Of a stretch of DNA of 49,472 bases, positions 1-13,230 are shown piece after piece; the first letter of the stretch is position 1, and every line of letters begins with the position of its first letter. The stretch is from Octopus bimaculoides (Eukaryota). Below the pieces are notes generated by a model. It searched no databases, had not been told where the DNA came from, and was given only the letters and a program-made list of their open reading frames with translations. A program made the position numbers and the translations under genes. Location of the stretch: positions 29,286,676 through 29,336,147 of the forward strand of contig NC_068987.1 of NCBI RefSeq assembly GCF_001194135.2, given 5' to 3'.

Positions 1-1194
1 GTGTGTTTGGTGTTGTGGTGTCTCAGCGTTTGCACATGTATGAGTTTGAAATGGTTTTGTATTTCTCTCTACCTATGTATGTAGTTATACATGTGTTTTC
101 TTTCTTTGTATATGCCAACACTTAACCAAACTGACAGCGGATTACTGTTGAGATGTCCGATATCAATAACAAAACAAAACAGCAAGAGCTACATGAAGTT
201 AAGATTTTCTTTCTTGCAAATAACAGACTCACTGTGAAGAATATGTTGTTAGGAAAAGAAAAAAAAATCGTAATTCTATTAAATGTTTGCTTTAGATTGT
301 TATTGTTTTTTACTTTCCCCCTATCTGTTTTTGAGTTTTAAGAAAATTTCTTTCCACGATGTAACAGTTAACTTAATTTCTGGTTATCGAATGGAAAAGA
401 AGACGGGAAAAATTCTGCAAAGACAAGGTTGACAAGTTGACATTCTTTTCCTCTCTATTACAGTTCCGCAACTCAATCTTTCCAATATTTTGTTTTTGTA
501 ATATATTTGTGAATACTTTATTGAATGAGGTCGCGCTCCTGTGAACCGGAAGTATGTTAATAGCCGATCGAGGATTCCAGTGAGGTTTCAGATTTACTTT
601 CAGAACAAATTCACATCATTTAAGTTACTAATGTGAGATGAATGAACCTCACCAAATCTTACGTCACTTTTCAAGGACCTTGTACACTGTAAAAACGGAA
701 GCAATCAAGAAATAATGTATCAAGAATATTAATTCAGTTTGAAACGAACCGACTTTAGTTATCTACCGCAAAGGCATGAATATCGCAAAACATTTCCCCT
801 TTCTTAAATTATAGGGTCTTTAACACTACAAAAATTCAATACGTTTTCTAATGTATCGGGCATCATTTCGGCTCACCTTCCACAAAAGGCAAAAGAACAA
901 ATACTGTAATCTGATCAAAACTAATCTAGGCCAAAGCATGGTAGATAGATAACACTGTCTCTGTCCTATCTTTGAGATTGTGACTTTTCCAAAGCAACAC
1001 GGCTACTCAGTCTCCCGATCTCAATTTCCTTGGAGATGTATGCACCTAGAAGCTACCGGATGTCTGACCACACGTATGTTATTGTATATCCAATGTGTTA
1101 CAGAAGGGTTAGTGTAAATTATTCATATATAGTGTTTCAGCATACATAACTGAAATACATTTCTTCTATATTTTAAGAATGTTTTATCTCTTAC

Positions 1195-1391
1195 CTTTTA
1201 CTTGTTTCAGTCATTAGACAGCGACCGTGCTGGGGTACTGCCTTCGCAGAATTTATTTTTAAAGCCTGGTACTTATAAGTCTCTTTGGCTGAATCACGAA
1301 GTTACATGGAGTGGGGTAAACAAACCAATAACGATTGTCAAGTGGTGGTGGCGGTACGGGGACAAACACAGACACAAAAGCACACAGATTC

Positions 1392-1445
<54 letters not shown>

Positions 1446-1610
1446 CACGGGCTTCTTTTCAGTTTCCCCCTTCCAAATTCATTCAAAGGGTATTGGTCGA
1501 CCCGAAGCTAGAGTAGAAAGCACTTATCAAAGATGCTATGCACTGGAACTGAACCCACAACCATGTGGTTGAGAAGAAAACTTCTTACCAACAGCCACAC
1601 CTGCGCCTAT
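1195..1610 (-). mobile_element. tRNA-derived SINE, family B (head + body + internal microsatellite + shared 3' tail)
   Basis: The minus strand starts ATAGGCGCAGGTGTGGCTGTTGGTAAGAAG with a B-box-like GGTTCAGTTCC, has an internal (TATC)n, and ends GGCAGTACCCCAGCACGGTCGCTGTCTAATGACTGAAACAAGTAAAAG. Homologous pieces lie at 10232, 13003/13615 and 18645. Confidence 0.85.
1393..1445. repeat. (GATA)n microsatellite inside the SINE
   Basis: Read directly from the sequence. Confidence 0.97.
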
Positions 1611-2111
1611 ATTCCGGATATTGAGTTTTCATTATGTCTCTTGCGCTTGATGTGTGGTGAACACTGTTCTTTCTGTTGCGCCACCAGTTTGGATTCGTTG
1701 GTTAAATCAGAATTAGATATAGTTTCTCATTTAAGAGTTTGGCATCCACTTTGCTGGAGTGTTTACAGTACAAAGATATGTTTTTATGATTATTTCCTTT
1801 TGTTGTCAATGGGACATTAGTATTTGTGTTTACGGTTAACTTGGTTTTATAGTATAGAGTATTTCGATATATTATCTTTCGAGAGAATTGATATACAGCT
1901 TACCTTTTGTTAGATGAATTCGAACAAGGATATTTACAGGACCGTATTTATAAGTTAGAAAGTTACTAGGAAACACTAATAATTGTCTTAATAACTGTTC
2001 TTAAGCTGTTCTGCCGTCTAGAGAAAGTTAGAATAGAACCGTTGTAAAAGTGGAATTCAAAAGTATTTAATTTCCACTCTAAGAAAGAAAATTAAATACA
2101 TTCTTGCAATC

Positions 2112-2358
2112 CAGTGGTCCTCAACCGTTGTCCATATTGCCCTTCCTGGTTCATATAAGATTTTGTTGCAATAAAATCGGTTATAATCGTGTAATTCACA
2201 AAGCATTTCAAAAAAAAAATTTCATTAGCAATTCCTAATAGTATTCAATAACTAAAATATAAAAGGTTTTTATTTAAACATCAAATGACTAGTGGGGTCC
2301 AGTAGAGTAAAATGGGCATCAAAGGGGTCCATAGGCAAAAAGTAGTTGACAACCGCTC
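2112..2358. mobile_element. hAT (Charlie-like) MITE
   Basis: Left TIR CAGTGGTCCTCAACC; degenerate right TIR AGTTGACAACCGCTC. The flanking 8-mers TTGCAATC (2104-2111) and TTGTAATC (2359-2366) form an 8-bp TSD with one mismatch, the hAT hallmark. Confidence 0.75.
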
Positions 2359-2779
2359 TTGTAATCACTCGTAACACATTATAGGTTCTTACCGTATAAT
2401 TTATACGACTGACATTCTGAAATGTTTTCTTTTCATCTTCTTGTTTTTGTTTTGTTGCATTTTTTATTTTGTTTGGCTTTTTTTTATAATTGCGAAGTAT
2501 ATAATCATGTAAGATCTTTGCTCTGTACTCGTTTTACATAACCCTCTGCAGATGATAATTTATATTTCACCTGCTATTGAGCAAGTTATTTAGTTATTAT
2601 TTTACAATAGTTTCGGTTATTCTTTCAGACATTCTCATCAAACCTCTCACTTGCTTTAGCTTCTGTTTCGTATCTGCTGGCTTCCTTGAAAGCGGAAAAC
2701 AGAAAAGAGTTTTATTCTTTACCCTGATGCACTTGCATAGCAAGTGATCTGATCTGAAATTGTGTGCTGAAACAAAAAC

Positions 2780-3054
2780 AATTTCAGCTTGGAGGGTGTT
2801 TATAAGCGATTTAAAGACACACAGAAATCGTTAGATTCACCTCAACATTTAAATTTAATTTGTCAAAATATTTTCCTCACTTTGAGACCGCGACTTGTTC
2901 ACTGATAAGATTCCGTCACGGAATTTTATCAGAGAACAGGTCGCGGTTTCAAAGCGAAGAAAATATTTCGGCAAATTAAGTTTAAATTTTGAAGTGAACC
3001 TACCGATTTTGGTGTGCCTTTAAATCGCTTATAAACACCCTCCAAGCTGCAATT
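2780..3054. repeat. Long foldback palindrome (136-bp arms, 3-nt loop)
   Basis: 2780-2915 aligns to the reverse complement of 2919-3054 with 17 mismatches and no indels; loop TCA at 2916-2918. Confidence 0.95.
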
Positions 3055-3640
3055 AATTTTATTTTTATCTTTATTTTTCTAGCTATTTACAGTAGCGTCC
3101 TTTTTAAACTGGAGATATCTCGTAATTATTTGGAAGTCGAGAGAGACTACTACAAACTATAATGTAAGTCAGAATTTAGTCGACTATGTTACATATACAA
3201 AGTGTAGTAGGAGGAAATATATTTATAGTTGTCAATTGCTTGAAAACTATCAGGCATTTTCTCGAAGTATTTAAATTTATTTTTGAGGAATGTTCTTAAT
3301 TTGTTGAAATGATATCTCCTTTTCTTTGTAGGTCACAAACAATTATCTCTAGATTCTTTTCATTTACTTTATTCAAATAAAAAGGAAACTTCAATTCAGA
3401 TATTTTTTTTATGTACGGCATCCAGCAAAAATAATATTTATCAGCATTTATGTCATTGATGAATTTGAGTAATTTGCCTTAGGTCATTTTTTTTTTTTTT
3501 TTAGTTATGCAAATTATACTGACTAGACATGATTCAAATCTGTTTTCTCTGGCTACTTTTTACATCACTGATGCCAGGGAAACGAAATATGATGTTATAA
3601 TAGGAGCTAGAGAAAGGTGGAAACATTACTTTTGTTTTCT

Positions 3641-3855
3641 AAGGTGGCGAGATGGCAGAATGGTTAGCACGCCGGGTGAAATGCCTAGCAGTATTTCGTC
3701 TACCGTTACATTCTGAGTTCAAATTCCGTCGAGGTCGACTTTGCCATTCATCCGTTCAGGGTCGGTAAATTAAATACGAGTTGCCAATTGAGGTCAATCT
3801 AATTGACTGGCCCCCTCCTCCAACATTTCGGGCCTTGTGCCTAGAGTAAAAAAAT
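3641..3855 (+). mobile_element. tRNA-derived SINE, family A
   Basis: AAGGTGGCGAGATGGCAGAATGGTTAG (A box), then GAGTTCAAATTCCG (B box) and GAGGTCGACTTTGCC. At least six related copies occur in the window. Confidence 0.85.
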
Positions 3856-4774
3856 ATAGTATTAACAACCTAATTTTGTACATTCTTCTCTGAGTGAAAA
3901 TGATATTAACCGGGTACGAAACACCGATTTCTAGTCCGATGCGGTTATGCTTCAGTCGTTTAAAGTAAGTAAGTTACGGAGTATATTTATTATATTATAG
4001 ATTTTGAAATTGTTTGATCTTATAATGCTTCCTCCGGATTATATATGACCTTTGGGGAATTGAGCATATGAATACTTGATCTGGCGTAAAATTACTCCTA
4101 TCACTTTCACACATTGCTGTCGTATATTTATTCGTTTATTAATAAAGAAAAAAGATTCAATTAATATTTTGGTAATCACCGTTCTAAAAATTAAGAAAAC
4201 AGTCAATAAACAAACTAAAATATACGGAAATTTTAATTAATGATAAATATATTCTCTATCAACATCATAACGTTTCATTAACCTAAACGTGACAACACTG
4301 CAATAAACCAGGTTCCAAATGCATGCTTGGCTAGTTTTTAAGATGAAAAATAGCCTATTTTGATTCGTGATCCAATACAAGAAGATATACATTAATTGGA
4401 ACATTTCAAAAAGTAGAATAGGAATATGTTTTAAACCATATAACTAATATTTCTATAATTGGGTTCTTTCATCGCAATTAAAACTATAAATCTAGAGTAT
4501 TAAAAAAAGTTAGTGGCGGTAGGCTGGTGAAGAGAGGTCAGTGACGAAGTAAATGGATTTTAAGTATCTGTGTGTATGCGTGTGTGCATGTGTGTGTGTT
4601 TACTCTATTTTTATTCAGCCAAAGGTTACAAAAGCTACTCACACGCCAAGAGTTCCTAATATGACAACAGATTTTGTACGTGTCACGAACTTCTGTAACT
4701 TTCTGATGACTAAAATCTATATACTCATGTATTGAGCTCTAACTATGTTTTCTTCAACCAAACCTATGAACATA

Positions 4775-5020
4775 CGCGCGTCCGCACGCACGCAGGCACG
4801 CACACACACACACAGCTAGATAGATAGATAGATACATAGATAGATAGAGAGAGATAGAGGGGGGTGAGAGACGGAGAAACAGAAAGATAAACATATAGAT
4901 GGATGGATAGATAGATACATATTCTTCCACACACACACACACACACATATATATTTATGTATATACGTGTGTGTGTGTGTGGGTGTGTGTGGGGGGGGTG
5001 TATGTATATATGTATCTATG
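4775..5020. repeat. Compound microsatellite (CA/GATA/GA/TG)
   Basis: Read directly; source of the spurious CVCV and YLSI ORFs. Confidence 0.9.
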
Positions 5021-5054
5021 TGTGAAGGAGCGACGCTTAATGCTTAAGGTGGTA

Positions 5055-5409
5055 GTTGGTTGACACTCCGTTGGTTACGACGTCAAGGGTTCCAGTTGAT
5101 TCGATCAACGGAACAGCCTGCTCGTGAAATTATTGTGCAAGTGGCTGAGCACTCCACAGACTCGTGTAAGCTTAACATAGTTCTCGGGGAGATTCAGTGT
5201 GACACAGAGTGTGACAAGGCTGGCCCTTTGAAATACAGGTAAAAACAGAAACAGGAAGAAAGAGAGAGAGAAAGTTGTGGTGAAAGAGTACAGCAGGGTT
5301 CGTCACCATACCCTGTTGCAGCCTTGTGGAACTTTAGGTGTTTTCACTCAATAAACACTCACGACGCCCGGTATGGGAATCGAAACCACGATCCTACGAC
5401 CGCGAGTCC
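5055..5409 (-). mobile_element. tRNA-derived SINE, family C, head cut by the gap
   Basis: The minus strand at the gap edge reads GGACTCGCGGTCGTAGGATCGTGGTTTCGATTCCC (B-box-like GGTTTCGATTCC); the body matches a recurrent octopod SINE as I recall it. Confidence 0.75.
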
Positions 5410-5796
5410 NNNNNNNNNNNNNNNNNNNNNNNNNNNNNNNNNNNNNNNNNNNNNNNNNNNNNNNNNNNNNNNNNNNNNNNNNNNNNNNNNNNNNNNNNNN
5501 NNNNNNNNNNNNNNNNNNNNNNNNNNNNNNNNNNNNNNNNNNNNNNNNNNNNNNNNNNNNNNNNNNNNNNNNNNNNNNNNNNNNNNNNNNNNNNNNNNNN
5601 NNNNNNNNNNNNNNNNNNNNNNNNNNNNNNNNNNNNNNNNNNNNNNNNNNNNNNNNNNNNNNNNNNNNNNNNNNNNNNNNNNNNNNNNNNNNNNNNNNNN
5701 NNNNNNNNNNNNNNNNNNNNNNNNNNNNNNNNNNNNNNNNNNNNNNNNNNNNNNNNNNNNNNNNNNNNNNNNNNNNNNNNNNNNNNNNNNNNNNNN
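5410..5796. other. Assembly gap (N)
   Basis: N run. Confidence 1.
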
Positions 5797-7689
5797 ATAT
5801 ATGTAGTGACTTCATTTAGGCATAGAGCGGATTAGAACCTGAATCAGCAAATTTCCCATAACATTTCAACAGTACTTTTCTCACAGAAAAATTATAGTTG
5901 ACATCAGTTACACAATCCTTTGCCAAGCCGATTTATGTCTTTTCCACTTGAACCTCCTAACCTTCTGTATACGATGGAGTGAGATAACAGTTGACCTCAT
6001 ATGAACATCTATTGTGCTCTGCAATATACCCCTCTTTCTACCTAGCTTGCAATGTTAGAAATACTAAAATTCCGTAAGGAAAATATAGTTGGTGAAGAGA
6101 GATGACCAGACGCGACTATAGGCAGAATTCAGTTAGTGAGATAATTCAACTAAGAGAAAGCTCACAGCTAGAATGATAACTATGTTACTGTGTCTTGTCC
6201 CAACGCCACGTTTGTACATTACTTTTTCAGTAGCTCATCATTCTTTTCTAACAAACGTCATTCAATCTCTCTCTTTGTATCTCTCTCCGTTTAAATGACA
6301 GACACGATGAAAGTATCATTCTATCCACATCCTACACTTACATTCACTGTCTTCCTCTGACCCCTATTTTAGTAGAAGACCAACATAGAAACAACAACAA
6401 CATACAAGAAAATATAACTCTATTGTTTTTACGTCATGCCTACTCGTTGAGCTTTGTCTATAACAATATGTAATGGCAAAATAAAATTTGGAGTCAACAT
6501 CAACTTTGACTGCTGTCATTCTTTCACATTTGCAACATCAACATCATCGATATAACAACAACTCAAAATGAATAAATATATCTACCGTTACAAATGGTAG
6601 ATAATCTTCTGGTAGAGAAAGACACTTTATTAAATATAAATATTCTGCCTCATGAACTACACCTGCAACAATATAACGCTTCGATACGAGCATTTCTCTA
6701 GGCTTAGTGAATCATCTGTCTGAATTTCGAAGAACAATATAGTCGATCGGTGATAAATTCAAAATGGGGCTAAGAAAATAAAAAAATAACACAGTAATAA
6801 ATTATTTCGTTTTCAAGGAACAACGACTGTTCTACCGAGTATGGTGAAGTACCTTTTAACTATTTCAACAAATGTGCATACATTAACGTGTGTTTATATG
6901 TGTATTTGCGTATGTGAATAAAGATATATATGATTGTGCTGGCCTTTTTTTCTGTCAGTTTTCACCTACTTGATGCTCTCGTGTGCAAGAGTGATTCCAT
7001 CAATTTTCACGACAACATAGGGAAGTACAACGCACACAGGTTTTGTGTTTTGTCATAGGTATGAATTTAAACTTCATCCAATTTGGGTGTTCCAGAGTTT
7101 TGAGGGATATGGTACCACCTCTTAACCACCCTTGTCACGAGATTCTGACCCAGCGTTGTACCACCAATTCGTATCCCAGGTAGGATGTCATGACAATCCA
7201 TCTCAGCGCCAGAAATGCAGAAATACCGTTGGTCTGTGTTAGGGCTCACACTAAAGCCCCCAAAAGTGAGTAACCCCTAGCTGTTGTCACAACATTCTTC
7301 TAGGAGAAGAACACTCTGATGTAAATCCTGCGACTTCACTTCATTACTGATCATCTCACTTCAGTCTCTCAATTTGGTACTAATCAAGGAGACTCAGACA
7401 GAGGTATTACTGTTGTACAAGCGTTTTCCACTATAATGCAATGACGTACATAATCTCTTTAAGGAGATATCATTTCTCATTTCATCCACTGAAAGCCCTG
7501 TGGCTATAATAGAGTAACGATGCGTGCTGACTTAACTGGAATTGCAGAGTAAGTTATAATTTTCGTGTCAACTATATTTCTGACCATGCAGGTCGACAGC
7601 AGGACTGAATAAGTATTTGAGTGAGTATAGACGGAAAGTGAGAAATGTCGTCGACAATAAGGAAGCAAACGTGAAGCAATCACCATATA

Positions 7690-7720
<31 letters not shown>

Positions 7721-8293
7721 NNNNNNNNNNNNNNNNNNNNNNNNNNNNNNNNNNNNNNNNNNNNNNNNNNNNNNNNNNNNNNNNNNNNNNNNNNNNNNNN
7801 NNNNNNNNNNNNNNNNNNNNNNNNNNNNNNNNNNNNNNNNNNNNNNNNNNNNNNNNNNNNNNNNNNNNNNNNNNNNNNNNNNNNNNNNNNNNNNNNNNNN
7901 NNNNNNNNNNNNNNNNNNNNNNNNNNNNNNNNNNNNNNNNNNNNNNNNNNNNNNNNNNNNNNNNNNNNNNNNNNNNNNNNNNNNNNNNNNNNNNNNNNNN
8001 NNNNNNNNNNNNNNNNNNNNNNNNNNNNNNNNNNNNNNNNNNNNNNNNNNNNNNNNNNNNNNNNNNNNNNNNNNNNNNNNNNNNNNNNNNNNNNNNNNNN
8101 NNNNNNNNNNNNNNNNNNNNNNNNNNNNNNNNNNNNNNNNNNNNNNNNNNNNNNNNNNNNNNNNNNNNNNNNNNNNNNNNNNNNNNNNNNNNNNNNNNNN
8201 NNNNNNNNNNNNNNNNNNNNNNNNNNNNNNNNNNNNNNNNNNNNNNNNNNNNNNNNNNNNNNNNNNNNNNNNNNNNNNNNNNNNNNNNNNNNN
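7721..8293. other. Assembly gap (N) between (TA)n and (TG)n
   Basis: N run. Confidence 1.
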
Positions 8294-8812
8294 TGTGTGT
8301 GTGTGTGTGTGTGTGTGTGCTTATCTACATATGTATGTGTGTGTGTGCATATTTGTATATGTGTATGCATCTGTATAAGTATTACATTCTCTCAAGGTTA
8401 TTGTGCCAATTAAAGAACATGCAAATCTTTATATTTTCGTGCAATTGTTGTGGACAAACGTTTGTACGAAATGCCGAAGATTTCGACGCCCTTCTGCAAA
8501 GTAAGCACTAACACAATTCTACTGTGTATTTTCACACATAACAAGTCTCAGGTGGTGTTACTTCCTAAACAAACACAACTGTGCTGGAATTTTATATATG
8601 CGAGATTGTGTGTTTGTGTGTCTGTGTCTCTTTTATACATGTATGTGCATGTATATTATACAGGATATGTATGCAGTCGTATACACATATATATTCACAT
8701 ATATATTTGCATATCTGTAAGTATATCTGTGTATGTATTCTTATGTACAAATACCCATATGTTTTACGTTCATGAACATACACACAGGATAGGCATACAA
8801 ACTTATACACCC

Positions 8813-8857
<45 letters not shown>

Positions 8858-9000
8858 CGCATACATATATATCTATATGTATGTCGGTATGCATATTTAT
8901 GTGTATTTTATGCGTGTGTGTATGTATGTAGGGTTGTATGAATGTATGTATGCATGTATGTATGTATTTTCGGTATACATGTGTCTATGTACACGTATGT
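8294..9000. repeat. Degenerate TG/TA/TATG low-complexity field (interrupted by some unique sequence near 8370-8600)
   Basis: Read directly. Confidence 0.8.
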
Positions 9001-9830
9001 AAATCCATTGACTGTTTCTTGATTTAGTATCTGAGTTGTTTTTAAAGCTGAATCTTTAAGTCATATCTTACTCTCTATCTAAATTGATCGGTAAACTATG
9101 AACTATCACACCATCATTTTGAAATTGTTTATATTTAATCTCTATAATCTCGATGTAGTTACATTTTACTGTCTACATGTAAAACATTATATTTAGCCAG
9201 CGCTTTAACTTTCGTTCAGATTGCTATGTTTTATTTATTCATAACCTTTAAACATATGGAAAGTTTAAAATAATGTATGCAACAAATCAATAACTGCATA
9301 AAAGATAATATATGAAATGAAAACTTGCAACAGAGGAGGATCTTTAATTTGATAAAATATATCACATAAGGAAATATATGAAGTTCTAATTCAGATGGAG
9401 TGTTTCACTAATAATATAGCGGTCGCCAAAGCATATACTATATGTTCCGCTGAAAATACTTGGAATTTTATTTTTCATATCCTAGTTTAGAAAAGCTAAG
9501 AATTTTCTTTTCTTTACCGTTATCTTGTGCTGAAGGAAGTTAGTGTTGAAGAACAAGAACGTGCACTACCAGATTTGTGGGAACAAGCCACTTCGCGTCA
9601 CCATTGTTCTGTAATGATGTGACAAGCTTTGACTGTGCAATCAAATATGGCCATTCCCGTAATGATATTAATCATCCACCAAAATAGAAAACATTTGTAT
9701 TTGCTGTCACTGCAATAATTATTCAGTATGTCCTGTAGGTACATACAGGTTTATATATATCCATCACTAAAAGTATTTAGTTCTTACTCTGCAATACATG
9801 AATAATATATTGAGGAAACCTGAAAACTTC

Positions 9831-9832
<2 letters not shown>

Positions 9833-9896
<64 letters not shown>
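9833..9896. repeat. (TG)n microsatellite
   Basis: Read directly. Confidence 0.97.
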
Positions 9897-9900
<4 letters not shown>

Positions 9901-10231
9901 TGTTGCTAGTGGTGTCTCCGCTTCACGCAGTATAAGTTGTTGTTTTTTTTGTTCTAAACCGTTGGTCAAAACCACTCTGCAGTTAACTATGATAAAAATA
10001 GCGCGCAAATATATTCACTTTCCGCGTTCAAAAGCTTAACACTAACACAAAGTTTTGTCGTATGCTGTGTATATATCAGAGAGTCAAAATACTGCCACTA
10101 ATTTTGAAGTAATTTGAAACACAAACTTTAAATACTACTGTTCTTTCTGATATTTAGATGTAAATAATCACTAACAAGAAAACCTAGAATATATCTGTGT
10201 ATGTGTGTGTGTGTGTGTGTGTGTGCGTGTG

Positions 10232-10443
10232 TCATTGTGTCTATATTTGTCCCCCATCACCACTTGACAACTGAGCTGGTATATTTACGTTCCCTTAAGT
10301 CAGCGGTTCAGCAAAAGGACTGATAGAATTAGTATCACGCTTAAAATAATAAGTATTGGGTTCGATACATTCGACTAAGATATGTTGAAGGCGGTGTGCT
10401 AGCATGGCCGTCGTATAATAACTGAAACCAGTAAAAGTTAAAA
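10232..10443 (+). mobile_element. SINE family B, 3' half
   Basis: After (TG)n: TTTGTCCCCCATCACCACTTGACAAC, ending AAGGCGGTGTGCTAGCATGGCCGTCGTATAATAACTGAAACCAGTAAAAG. Homologous to the reverse complement of 1195-1385. Confidence 0.8.
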
Positions 10444-11080
10444 TCAAAGATTTTATGTTGAAGAAACAAAAAAAAATCGCCGAAAGACATAATAATCTAC
10501 ACTGAAATTTTGGCCGCACAGTAATTTTCCGCAGACTGACCCAAAAATCGTTTACAAGAGAACGACCAGAAAAGAGATTAAATTCTTTATATTCAAGTAT
10601 GTTGAATACGATGGTACAAGAGATGTCACATGTGCCTTGTCATTATGAGAGAAGTCATTAAGCAAATTCTCATTCTGCTAGATATAGGGCCTGCACCTCT
10701 CTCAAACTACATCCCCAGTTTTCATAAACGAAAGAACTATTGTAGTTATTGACTGATCTGTTCCAAAAATTTGTGGCCAGCCATGGACAGGAGGTCTTTC
10801 ATAGTCAATGATCAACGTTAAGAGGCATCAAGTGTGGCAGCCACTGACCTGGTTTTTCCCTACCTAAGTTACAAACCAATACTTAGTCTCCGTTACTTAG
10901 TCGAGGAGGAGTAAAAATATTTCCCAAAATAATTATTATCGAAAACAATAATCTTTTCAACGAATACTAACCATTACTGCAGAAATAAATTATTCATTAA
11001 AAACAATTTAGTGAAATCATTGTCTCTCTCTTACTGTCTTTCTTTCTATATGTCTCTTTCCCTCTCTATCTCTATCTCTT

Positions 11081-11121
<41 letters not shown>

Positions 11122-11790
11122 TATATACGTGCATGTATGTATGTATATAAGTTTACAGATGAAAATATATACAAACACACTTACATATACATGTACGTAT
11201 GCATACATATACTCATATGCTTTCTTGTTCTCTCTCTCTCCAAAATGATTTTAAACTAGCTTCATGAATATTTCAATGGGATATATACATAAACATATTT
11301 CTAACGTTCTCCATAAAAATGATTTTAAGCTAGACGTGAAACTGTATAAGATAGGGAATACATTTGCGTACATACACCACCATATACGCATACACACACG
11401 AACACATATACATGTGGTGGGGGAGGAGAATGACTCAAATGAACTGAAAAGAGTACATCATCATTCAACTTAATCGAGTGTAACTCAAACGCGGTGTAAA
11501 GAAAATTACAAACTGTTATGAATATTTCGTGCGTAAGACAAAAGGTCTCCTGTGAAAAACACTTGTGGAAAAAAATCACATACACCATATTAAAAGGTAT
11601 GATTGTACTGCATAAAATTCTCCATCGACAGTATGTTCTTGCAGTACATCCCTCCTCTTTAGGCTGATCAATTTGTTGAATCTTTTATGACCTATCAACT
11701 TCACATTTGGTCATGTTGTATCAAATTCGTTTCAGTGATGAATATATTTTGGAGGATTGATAAAGTAAACTACTAGCCTAATACTACCTC

Positions 11791-12006
11791 TACGAGGGGT
11801 TGCTGAGAAGTTACTGGCTTTAGGGTAAAACAAAATACAGCAGATTCAGTTACTTGTGATTTTATTCAACATATTCTCTTCTCAAATTCACACCCCTATT
11901 ACTGCAGTCCTTCAATTCCTCTAAACCCTGTAAAAGAAGTCTGAATGTTTGGCTTCCAAACAGGCGTTTTGTGGTACCTTTAAAGTCAGGAACCTTTCCC
12001 CTCGTA
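11791..12006 (-). mobile_element. Mariner-derived MITE
   Basis: TA|CGAGGGG and CCCCTCG|TA termini with TA TSD. The minus strand keeps the transposase C-terminus LQGLEELKDCSNRGVNLRREYVE*. Confidence 0.85.
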
Positions 12007-13002
12007 ATATGTTTACCCTGTGTTTCTCAGAACTTGTGCCAATGCTAGGGACAGTAACTACTAGATTTCAATGTATACTCACCAAAACTGCTACAATATA
12101 CTACATACTAATAAATTCACTGCAATCAGTACTATTTTTAAACACTGAGTTAGTCACATAACTGAACAAAAACTTTGAATTCAGAGTTGTTTTTATATTC
12201 GAATTTGCCGATAGATATGATTCTGTGAATGTATGCATAAAAAACGTATGCAGATTATCTTATGCAACACCTATCCATGTCCTGTGTATTACCATAAACT
12301 GCATCCGATAGTGGGGCACTGATTCGGGATATCTTTTGTTTTCAGGAGTGTAGAATCATTTCTTAGCCTCTATTTTTCCAATGTCTATTCTGACCCGGAA
12401 TAGTACCACCTGTCAGTGTCCAAGCTATAAGTTTATTAGCTTAAGGGGCTGGCCTACCTGTGCGTGTAAAGACCAAAGTCGGCAAACTTTGCGGGAGAAA
12501 GTTTACATGGTTCAACAGAGAAGGAGGATGCAACAACACATTGCGGAGGGAAGAGAGCAAGATGAGGCAAGCAAGACATCTTAGTCATCCACTGTATCCG
12601 TATTCTTCCTCAGTCATCTTGACTTGGTCTTTCTACTGGATTGAAATACTCGAGGACAAGAGAGTGTGGTTGAGAGTGCGCAACTCATCTGCACTCTAAA
12701 TCACCGCGCAAATCCTCTGTCAGTCTGCAGGATGACTAGATAGATGGTCCTTATCGCTTCGATGGGAAACAGAACTATTGTAACTCACGACATTTTTTGC
12801 GTTCCGTTTATATTCCTATGAAAACAGCAACAATATTCTCTTTATTTTACACTACTTTCTACGAAAGTGAAAGTGTAAACTTAATATCCCACGTCTTTTA
12901 CTCTTTGCTATTTAAGTGTTTGTTTTAGAATATAACATGTCAAATTTCTGTAAGGGATACGAACACTTTCGTTATTTTATTACCTATCTATTTATCTGTT
13001 TC

Positions 13003-13230
13003 TTTTTCTTTTTTCAGTCATTGAACGGCGGCCATACTGGTGCACTGCATGAAGAATTCTAGTCGAACGAATCGATGCCTGTACTTATTATCTTTTGTAA
13101 AATCTGGTTCTTATTCTAACGTTTTCTTTTGCAAAACCGCTAAGTTATAGAAACGTAAACACACCAACACCGGTTATCAAGCTGTGGTGGAAGACAAACA
13201 TACACAAAGACACACACGCACTCACACACA
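13003..13230 (-). mobile_element. SINE family B, 3' half
   Basis: TTTCAGTCATTGAACGGCGGCCATACTGGTGCACTGC is the reverse complement of the shared tail; followed by (CA)n/(TA)n. Confidence 0.8.

Noticed and set aside
520-823. Possible TTAA-type (Kolobok-like) element end TATAGGGTCTTTAA
   Set aside because: Only one terminus is visible, with no matching left TIR in the window.
5324-5835. Long ORFs spanning X runs (also 7504-8511, 23723-24102, 28199-28924)
   Set aside because: Artefacts of N gaps.
7059-7179. AG/GT-bounded 121-nt open segment (GMNLNFIQFGCSRVLR...)
   Set aside because: Unrecognisable peptide and no compatible partner exon; such sites are common by chance.
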